Origin: Gammaproteobacteria bacterium
GTDB lineage: Bacteria; Pseudomonadota; Gammaproteobacteria; JACCXJ01
Reading direction: 5' to 3'
DNA length: 58,470 bases
NCBI GenBank assembly: GCA_050740435.1
Contig: JBOIDL010000002.1
Coordinates: 1 to 58,470 of the forward strand
In this document: one piece after another, positions 51,961 to 58,470 of the stretch
How positions within the stretch are numbered: position 1 is the first letter of the stretch
Layout of the letters: each line of letters begins with the position of its first letter
Position numbers and translations under genes: made by a program
Notes under the pieces: generated by a model
What the model saw: only the letters and a program-made list of their open reading frames with translations
Told to the model about the DNA's origin: nothing
Databases searched by the model: none

Positions 51961-53961
51961 TTAAGGGTATCCAGCCCCATACGCTGAAAGTGGTCCCGAG
52001 TTATAGACTGTACCGCTCGTCCAGGCGCTCGGCAGCGTCGTGAGTGTGGTTTCCGCGCTCGTCTCGCTAGGTTGACTGGTGCCGCCGGCCGCAGCGCGGA
52101 ACTGGAGCACGCCACCGGCGCCCAGGAGCGCGATCCAGTATTTGCTACCGGCATTAATCGATACCGGGGGCATGGAGACTTTCTTCCAGCCTCCGTTCCC
52201 CGGTGAGCTCAGTGTGCCTCGTGCAAGCCGGGTGCCCGGGTGGCCGTTGTTATCCGTGTAGAGACCAGCAACGAGTTTGGTGGCCGTTGAACCGCTATCC
52301 ACGTACACCGAAAGACTAGTTACCAATCCTGTCGTCGCCGCGGTGGTACGGAAGGCCTTCGCCTTACCCTGGGGGTTAGAGTCAGTCACCGACCCAACGG
52401 TCTCGGTTCCCACCAAGGTGACCGGGGGCGAGGAGATCGCGACCGAGGTGCTCATATCGGTTTGGATCTCCATGGCACTCAAGGCACGGTTATAGATACG
52501 AACCTCGTCGATACGGCCCTTGAAGAACTCGCCCCAGACGCTATTGCCACCTAGGCGCAGCGGACTATTTGACACCTGGATTGGTCCTGTTTGCGGACGC
52601 TGAGCCACTTGCACCCCATCGACATAGAGGCGCTGGGTGGTACCGTCGAAAGTCGCCGCGAGATGCGTCCAGAGATTGGACAAGAGCCAGGGACCAGCGG
52701 AGAGCACTTGATACTGCCCGCCCACGGTAACCGATGTTAGCGGTTGACTCCGATCGCCGTTGGCGTAGAGCTCGTACAGGCCGCCGCCAGGCTGCTCCTT
52801 CAGGATCACTGTTGCCCATTGGGTCATGTTGACGGTGGGATAGACCCAGGCTTCAAGCGTCATGCCGTTGGTTAGATCGAGGGAAGCGGCATCATTGATC
52901 GTGACCCAATCATTAATCCCGTCGAAGGAGAGAGCTCCGCCAAACTGTCCCGAGGTGATACGAGAAGCACCGCTAATGGTACCGTGGTTATCCTTGCCGG
53001 AGGCATCGGCCACAGTCGTGCCGCTCGCTTCCTCGAAGTTGTAGGCCCCGACCAGCCCGCCGTTACTTCCACCGCCGTTGCTTGAGGAGACCGTGATGTA
53101 GGAGGTGAGGGTCTTTGTGCTGGGGTTGGTGCCGCCGGAGCCCGTGGCGGTCAGGCTCACGGTATAGGTTCCGACTGTGGAGTAGGTATGCGAGGGATTG
53201 GTTAAGGTGCTGGTGCAATTGTTGGGGTTAGTACTGCAATCGCCGAAGTTCCAGGAGTACGGCGTCGCACTGCCGGTGGAGCTATTGGTAAAGTTGACTG
53301 CTAAGGGCGCCGTACCGATTGTAGGCGTAGCGCTGAAATTAGCCATCGGTGCGGCGGCGGTTGCCGAGATGATCTTCGTCGCCGTGTTGCTAACGCCGGA
53401 ACCGGTGACGGTCAAGCGCATGGTATAGGTGCCAGGGGTCGAATAGGTTTTCGTCCCTGAGGTAGCGGTGCTGGTGCAATTGCTGGGGTTAGTGCTGCAA
53501 TCGCCGAAGTCCCAGGACCACGAGGTGATGTTGCCGGTCGAGGCATCGGTGAAAGTGACCATCAGAGGCGCCGGGCCCAAGGTGGGGTTGGCGTTGAAAT
53601 TCGCGGTGGGAGCCGTTGGTGTAGAGGCGATGGTGGCGCTGACCTCATTGGAGAATCCGCTCCAGACCGTCTTGCCACTATTGTAGGCCTTTACGGCAAA
53701 GTAGGTAGGGCCATCCGGAAGGCCCGTTAGCGTATAAGCTACTTGATTACCGACATCGACCGGAGGACCCCCCGTGTAGTTACCGCTCGCCGGACCATAG
53801 TGGAGTTGATAGCCGGCCACTCCCGTGGAGGTGCTGGCGTCCCAGGCTAATTTGATTTGCCCAGCGTAAACATATGTAGAAAAAAGAAATAACATGATTC
53901 CCAACATCACCATTGAACCTAAAGTTCTGGTGAAGTTGAGGCGTGACGTAATACTGAACAT
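51961..53961 (-). CDS. secreted FN3-like + 2 x PKD + LamG + C-terminal DUF4082-like domain protein (paralog of 49615-51600)
   Basis: ATG at 53961 with GGAGG upstream, and a signal peptide ending YVYAG. The domain order matches the neighbouring gene. The LamG and C-terminal regions are also similar to it at the nucleotide level. Confidence 0.85.
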   Translation of the reverse strand: MFSITSRLNFTRTLGSMVMLGIMLFLFSTYVYAGQIKLAWDASTSTGVAGYQLHYGPASGNYTGGPPVDVGNQVAYTLTGLPDGPTYFAVKAYNSGKTVWSGFSNEVSATIASTPTAPTANFNANPTLGPAPLMVTFTDASTGNITSWSWDFGDCSTNPSNCTSTATSGTKTYSTPGTYTMRLTVTGSGVSNTATKIISATAAAPMANFSATPTIGTAPLAVNFTNSSTGSATPYSWNFGDCSTNPNNCTSTLTNPSHTYSTVGTYTVSLTATGSGGTNPSTKTLTSYITVSSSNGGGSNGGLVGAYNFEEASGTTVADASGKDNHGTISGASRITSGQFGGALSFDGINDWVTINDAASLDLTNGMTLEAWVYPTVNMTQWATVILKEQPGGGLYELYANGDRSQPLTSVTVGGQYQVLSAGPWLLSNLWTHLAATFDGTTQRLYVDGVQVAQRPQTGPIQVSNSPLRLGGNSVWGEFFKGRIDEVRIYNRALSAMEIQTDMSTSVAISSPPVTLVGTETVGSVTDSNPQGKAKAFRTTAATTGLVTSLSVYVDSGSTATKLVAGLYTDNNGHPGTRLARGTLSSPGNGGWKKVSMPPVSINAGSKYWIALLGAGGVLQFRAAAGGTSQPSETSAETTLTTLPSAWTSGTVYNSGPLSAYGAGYP

Positions 53962-54214
53962 TTAGTAACCTCCTTGTTTACCGATATGCGCCTAGCGAAA
54001 CGCCCAGCACACACAGGAGGTACTGTTTTATCGCCTGGCAACCCTGCGACCATGCCCCCGACAATTGGGGGATTAGGCCAGTAGCTTTGCGTCCCATCCT
54101 TTCAGATGGTTTGCCTTTTTCAGTGCTCTCTACTTCTTTGCGGTCGATCCCCTCTCGCAAACAACACGAGTTCGAGCAGCATGTGATGTATCCGCGTCCG
54201 ATGCTTAAACTTTA

Positions 54215-54233
54215 GTAGGGTGGTCGCGTTGTT
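54215..54233 (+). promoter_or_regulatory. second ops-like element (shares a 19-mer with 3003-3021)
   Basis: GTAGGGTGGTCGCGTTGTT versus GTAGGGCGGTAGCGTTGTT at 3003-3021 gives 17 of 19 identical positions. It is on the non-template strand, about 345 nt upstream of the export operon start at 54576. The core matches the ops consensus at 9 of 12 positions. Confidence 0.4.
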
Positions 54234-54575
54234 ATTTCACGACGAATCGTTCTTAGCGGCCAAGTGTTATCGATATCAAAGCCGGCTTTTCACTACGCCG
54301 CGCGGCAAAGAGCGGGCTAGCGCCAATAAAACCGTCAACATTCGTTGTGAAACCCCGGAATGCTGTGATAATTTGAGGTGGCTCCGGTTCTCTAAACGGC
54401 AAATTGGGTCCGTTATGTGGTGAACTGCTGCCGCGATATTCTTACCGCTCGGAAATGCATCGAGTTATGTGACTGGCCCTTAGTTTGCTTACCTATGGAG
54501 GGGAAGGCACAGAATTGAATGAGAATGTATTTAAGCCGTGTTGTTCGTGATTAGCTTGCCCGGCAATCGAGGTTT

Positions 54576-55352
54576 ATGGCGAGCGATCCATTAAAATCCT
54601 ATACTGATACGGACTCTCGACAGATTATGTTTAACCACGGAAATAGCAAAGCCGTCATGCCGAAAAAACACCACGCCGCGATTAATACAAAACGTTCTGA
54701 TGGTTCATCATTCGAAGAGTACGTTCGATTACTTCAAAAATTATTCGTTTGTTTGGTTGCGTCTGTGTGTGCGCTCCTTATTACATCCTGTAGTTTTTTT
54801 TCTGAGAAATCCGCGGTCACGTTAAATGATTCAGAGAAACGGAACTATGAGTATCTGATCGGTCCGGGTGACGAGTTAAACATCTTTGTGTGGCAAAACC
54901 CTGAAGTCTCGGTCAAGGGCATTCCAGTGCGGCCGGATGGCAAAATCGCCGTGCCCCTTGGAGGGGACATCGTCGCCAGTGGGAAGACATCCAATGAACT
55001 CGCTCAGAGTATTAAGAAGGCGATTGCGGACTTTATTCGCGATCCCATCGTGACCGTAACAGTCGTTAGTTTTATAGGTCAATACGCCGAACAGATCAGG
55101 GTGGTCGGTGAAGCAGTCAAGCCCAAGGCGTTAGCCTATCGGAATAATATGACCTTATTAGACGTCATGATCCTCGTTCAGGGCCTTACGCCCTTCGCCG
55201 ACGGAAATAGCGCCAAACTCGTTAGGACGGTCAATGGCAAAGAGGTCGAAACGATAGTCAGATTGGAAGACCTTGTACAGACGGGGGACATGAGCGCCAA
55301 TGTCAAAGTGCACCCCGGCGATGTCCTAATCATTCCTGAAGCTTGGTTTTAA
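54576..55352 (+). CDS. polysaccharide export outer-membrane lipoprotein (Poly_export + SLBB; short Wza/EpsE-like form)
   Basis: Lipobox LLITSC. YLIGPGDELNIFVWQNPEVS...VRPDGKIAVPLGGDIVASGKTSNELAQSI...DPIVTVTV is the Poly_export signature, followed by an SLBB-like VVGEAVKPKALAYRNNMTLLDVM. The start is uncertain (54576, 54627 or 54657). Confidence 0.85.
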   Translation: MASDPLKSYTDTDSRQIMFNHGNSKAVMPKKHHAAINTKRSDGSSFEEYVRLLQKLFVCLVASVCALLITSCSFFSEKSAVTLNDSEKRNYEYLIGPGDELNIFVWQNPEVSVKGIPVRPDGKIAVPLGGDIVASGKTSNELAQSIKKAIADFIRDPIVTVTVVSFIGQYAEQIRVVGEAVKPKALAYRNNMTLLDVMILVQGLTPFADGNSAKLVRTVNGKEVETIVRLEDLVQTGDMSANVKVHPGDVLIIPEAWF

Positions 55353-55398
55353 CTATAGTTCTGACAGGTTTGTTGCGGTATAGGTTGGACGAATAACC

Positions 55399-56955
55399 AT
55401 GGACGAAATGTTGGAAGATGCGAAGATCTATCTACGGATGGTATGGCGCCATCGTTGGATGGCTTTGATCTGCGCATTCGTTGTGTGTCTAATCGGATGG
55501 GTTGGTGTGGCGATAGTTCCAAACAAGTACCAATCGATAGCTGTGCTCTATGTCGAAAAGACATCACTATTGCAGCCTTTGCTTAAGGATCTTGCCCTTC
55601 AAAGCGCTGCAGCCGATGAAATGGCAATCATGATACGGCACGCGTTATTCGTTAGGCCGAATTTGGAGAAGCTGGCGGCAGTAGCGGGTATCGATAAGAC
55701 AAAAGTATCGCTGTCGAAATTCGATTCGGTGATTAATAAAATAGAAGCCTCATTTGAGATAAATTCGCCTGCTGATCAACAGGGTGTTTATAACATCGCG
55801 TACCAGCACGCGGATCCGCGGGTAGCGCGTTCTATTGTGCGGACTACGGTCCAAATGTTTATGGAAACGCTTACCAACGCGAGGAAAAATGATTCGGAAA
55901 CAGCGCAGCGATTTATTAGAAAACAGCTTAAAGAAAACGAGACCAAACTGCAGGAAGCGGAACAAAGGCTCAAAGAATTTAAACAAAAGAATATTGGTTT
56001 GATGCCTGATAATGGGCGAAGCTACTATGGCAGACTGGAAGAAGGAATGAATCTATATAGAAATGCCGTGCTTGAACTAAATGAGGCAGAAGTTAGCGCA
56101 GGTTCTATTAGGGCTCAACTGAATAGTTTTAAAGCACTGGAGGCGGGCGGTGTTCAGAATCCTGTTTTTGAGCAAGTAAAGGCGCAGCAGACAAAACTTA
56201 CTGAATTGCAACTGAAGTTTACGGATAAACACCCCGACGTGATCGCCGCCAAAAAGTTACTGGACGAATTGGTCGCAAAAACCTCTAGTAAGGCAAGAAA
56301 TATAGCTTCCACCGGCGAACGAAACCTAAACTCTCTCGATTATAACCCGGCCTACCAAGGCTTAAAGCTGCAGCTCAGTAAGGCCGAGGCGAACGCCGCC
56401 GCGTTACGAGCGCGTGTTGCAGAGCATAAGCGTCGCCGTGATGCCTTGGAGCAAAACATAGTCGCTATACCTAAGGTCGAAGCGGAATTAGCAAATTTGA
56501 ATCGAGACTATACCGTGCAGCGGGACAAATACCAAACGCTCGCCGAAGGGCTAGAGATCGCGACGCTATCTGATAAGGCGGCAAACGGGAAGGTGAAGGT
56601 CTTGGAATGGCCTCGATTACCGGCGACTCCGATCGGGCCCCGTCGATTGGTTTTCAATGCTGCGGTGTTTGCAATCGCGGTGGCATCCGGGGTGGCGTTG
56701 GCGCTGGTCCTCGCGCTCAGTAACCCGGTGATATATACACGTAGGGGGTTGGAAAAACTAATAGACCTACCTGTACTCGGTACCGTATCTTACAATGCCG
56801 GAACCGGTGACCTTAAATCGTACAAGCCGTTTGTAGACGTTTCTTTCTTTTTCGGTATTGGTGTGTTGCTGGTGCTTTACGTGACTCTCAATGGCATGTA
56901 CTTGCTAAAGGTTGATATGCTTATAAATTTAGCGGGATATGGTTTTGGCGGATGA
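55399..56955 (+). CDS. polysaccharide chain-length determinant (Wzz/GumC-type PCP, no kinase domain)
   Basis: 518-aa ORF with an N-terminal TM helix (WMALICAFVVCLIGWVGVAIV). A long coiled-coil periplasmic region includes KFTDKHPDVIAAKK, a PCP-family motif. C-terminal TM helices follow. Confidence 0.85.
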   Translation: MDEMLEDAKIYLRMVWRHRWMALICAFVVCLIGWVGVAIVPNKYQSIAVLYVEKTSLLQPLLKDLALQSAAADEMAIMIRHALFVRPNLEKLAAVAGIDKTKVSLSKFDSVINKIEASFEINSPADQQGVYNIAYQHADPRVARSIVRTTVQMFMETLTNARKNDSETAQRFIRKQLKENETKLQEAEQRLKEFKQKNIGLMPDNGRSYYGRLEEGMNLYRNAVLELNEAEVSAGSIRAQLNSFKALEAGGVQNPVFEQVKAQQTKLTELQLKFTDKHPDVIAAKKLLDELVAKTSSKARNIASTGERNLNSLDYNPAYQGLKLQLSKAEANAAALRARVAEHKRRRDALEQNIVAIPKVEAELANLNRDYTVQRDKYQTLAEGLEIATLSDKAANGKVKVLEWPRLPATPIGPRRLVFNAAVFAIAVASGVALALVLALSNPVIYTRRGLEKLIDLPVLGTVSYNAGTGDLKSYKPFVDVSFFFGIGVLLVLYVTLNGMYLLKVDMLINLAGYGFGG

Positions 56956-57021
56956 GAGTTTCTCGGAATATCAATGCTCGGTTAGGGAATGCCTGGCTGT
57001 CTAAGGTAAGCGGATGAGCTT

Positions 57022-57906
57022 ATGAATCTAATCGAAAAAGCCGTTTCTGAGTTCTTCAAAGAACCCGCGTTAGATGCGGTAGATCAAGATGCAGCTTTTC
57101 TTCGCGCCGCCGACCAACCGCCGGTGGGAGAGGCGTATCTTTCGCCGCACTTCACCGCAACACAGCAAGCTAGCTTGGATTTTAATAGGCTCAAGCAGAT
57201 GGGTATGATAACGCCCGATGAGCCAAGCAGCCGCATCGCTATAGAGTTACGTCATATAAAGAGTCGATTGTTGAGTGGGTCGATTGAGACGATGAAGGTG
57301 TTGGATTATGATCATGGCAAAAACCTGATCATGATTACAAGTTCAAGAACCGACGAGGGTAAGACGTTTTTAGCGGTTAATCTTGCCATCAACCTCGCGA
57401 TGGAAGTTGACCGCAGAGTCGTTTTGGTTGATACCGATGTTATGAAAGGCAGTGTAGCTAAAGTTCTAGGGATAGAGGCAGAGCTAGGCTTGACGGATCT
57501 ACTTACCTCTCCCAACCGCACACTGCTCGATGCTCTAGTGGGAACAAGTATTAAAGGACTGCACGCCATCCCCGCGGGTACAGAAATCCCGAATGTCGCT
57601 GAACTATTTTCAAGTCAACGAATGACCAGTTTATTAAGAATGATGGCCCGGCAGTTTGCTGATTGGGTTTTTGTATTTGATAGCCCGCCGCTACTCGCGG
57701 CTACCGAATCGAGTGCACTCGCGCGACATATGGGGCAGGTGGTTGTTGTAGTGCACGAGGAGAAGACAACGGAGAAAGAGCTCCTTACCGGGCTAAAACA
57801 AATTGAATTTGTAAAGAATATTGGACTCGTTTTGAATAAGAGTCGTGACCGCTCGGAAACCATTTATTACGAACAGTATGCAAAATTCCGAGGTTTGCGA
57901 GAATAA
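57022..57906 (+). CDS. BY-kinase-type P-loop ATPase (CpsD/CapB/EpsG-like tyrosine autokinase partner of the chain-length determinant)
   Basis: Walker A is ITSSRTDEGKTFLAVNLA, Walker A' is VVLVDTD and Walker B is VFVFDSPP. The C-terminal tail contains Tyr residues (IYYEQYAKF). Confidence 0.85.
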   Translation: MNLIEKAVSEFFKEPALDAVDQDAAFLRAADQPPVGEAYLSPHFTATQQASLDFNRLKQMGMITPDEPSSRIAIELRHIKSRLLSGSIETMKVLDYDHGKNLIMITSSRTDEGKTFLAVNLAINLAMEVDRRVVLVDTDVMKGSVAKVLGIEAELGLTDLLTSPNRTLLDALVGTSIKGLHAIPAGTEIPNVAELFSSQRMTSLLRMMARQFADWVFVFDSPPLLAATESSALARHMGQVVVVVHEEKTTEKELLTGLKQIEFVKNIGLVLNKSRDRSETIYYEQYAKFRGLRE

Positions 57907-57908
57907 AT

Positions 57909-58057
57909 CTAAGGAAGCTCTGCAAAAGTGTCGCGAGCAAGCCCAGATGCGCGAAGCCGCGGAGCGAGTCGCGAGACATATCAGATAGATAGGCGAGCGA
58001 CGAGGGAGCACGCGACAAAGCAGATGGGCTGCGCAGTAACTTATGCAGAGCTTCCCT
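57909..58057 (-). mobile_element. 149-bp MITE-like repeat element, copy 2 (inverted relative to copy 1)
   Basis: The reverse complement aligns over its full length with 18378-18526, with 6 mismatches by hand alignment. The termini are TAAGGAAGCTCTGCAAAAG (57909-57927) and CTTATGCAGAGCTTCCCTA (58039-58057). It starts 3 nt after the stop of the kinase gene. Confidence 0.85.
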
Positions 58058-58470
58058 AACAAAAACTTGTAATTTATTGAGTAGTAAGTAGACTTCTAGT
58101 TACGCCCAAGCGATCAGAGTACCGGGATATAGCTCGGCGGCGAATGGGACTAATCCCTTAATACAGAAGCGCCGTACCGAAGACCGACGGGTTACCGGCG
58201 CAAGATCGATAGCTCAAGAACGGTATGGGCAAAATATCCAACTGGGAGGCGCTTTCCCTAATCCATTACCCCATCGTTTGTTGCATTTCTTTCCGGTTTG
58301 GTATGGCCCACCACAAACATGCGCGAATCTGAGGCCACCCGGACCTGATCTACTACTTCTCGATTTTCTCGCGCCGTGCGCAGATTATGCGGGAGTGGGA
58401 TGGGTGCCGATGAGGCGTTTGAGGTTAGTTTGGCGGATGGCGGACAGGGCGGCGGTGAGCTGATGGCCTT

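Noticed and set aside
49615-53961. PEP-CTERM, LPXTG or T9SS-type C-terminal sorting signals on the large exoproteins
   Set aside because: The C-termini read ...SAYGAGTSRGI, ...SAYGAGYP, ...IYVDDFALR (twice) and ...RVAVQVTYQ. None contains a PEP motif followed by a TM helix and Arg cluster, or any other sorting motif I recognise.
58278-58463. A 61-aa ORF and other reading frames at the right edge
   Set aside because: They show no recognisable motif, no SD and unremarkable composition. The window ends before any gene can be judged.

Overview
The window looks like part of a Gram-negative, proteobacterial-type chromosome and is almost entirely a cell-surface polysaccharide region. Evidence for that host type: an rfaH-like gene, Wza-type export with a lipobox, and rml genes.

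Left edge (1-1743): a truncated DUF1820 gene, an alpha/beta hydrolase, and a RelE/ParE-RHH toxin-antitoxin pair.

2372-18257: an rfaH-like NusG paralog, then an ops/JUMPStart-like element, then a co-directional block of about 15 kb. The block encodes three very large secreted multidomain proteins plus an acetyltransferase:
- 3235-10170: signal anchor, 15 WD40 blades, a deacetylase-like core, 3 x (Big_5 Ig + DUF4082), FN3 and a CBM.
- 10284-14660: a DMFase-beta-like domain, DUF4082, Ig domains and Big_2.
- 14785-17718: LamG, a galactose-oxidase-type copper radical oxidase with all key residues present, FN3 and a CBM.

17.8-46.5 kb: a Wzx/Wzy-type biosynthesis cluster, all on the + strand. It contains:
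- a WbpB/WbpD/WbpE-like diamino-sugar triad;
- NeuD/PglD-like acetyltransferase, SDR and DegT genes;
- a PglC-type initiating transferase with an N-terminal degenerate GGDEF-like domain that retains an RxxD I-site;
- rmlACDB, a flippase and five GT2/GT4 glycosyltransferases;
- two AsnB-like amidotransferases and a Wzy-like polymerase.

The cluster is visibly mosaic. It holds a gene-decay zone (32.6-34.1 kb), a degraded IS630-family element, and a 236-bp perfect repeat that interrupts two unrelated gene remnants.

46.5-54.0 kb (minus strand): a beta-helix protein, a GT4, and two tandem paralogous FN3-PKD-PKD-LamG exoproteins.

54.6-57.9 kb: a Wza-like exporter, a chain-length determinant and a BY-kinase, preceded by a second ops-like 19-mer.

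Two copies of a 149-bp MITE-like element in inverted orientation (18378-18526 and 57909-58057) bracket the biosynthesis cluster.

No rRNA, tRNA or CRISPR was seen. All functional calls rest on motif and architecture recognition by eye; no searches were run.
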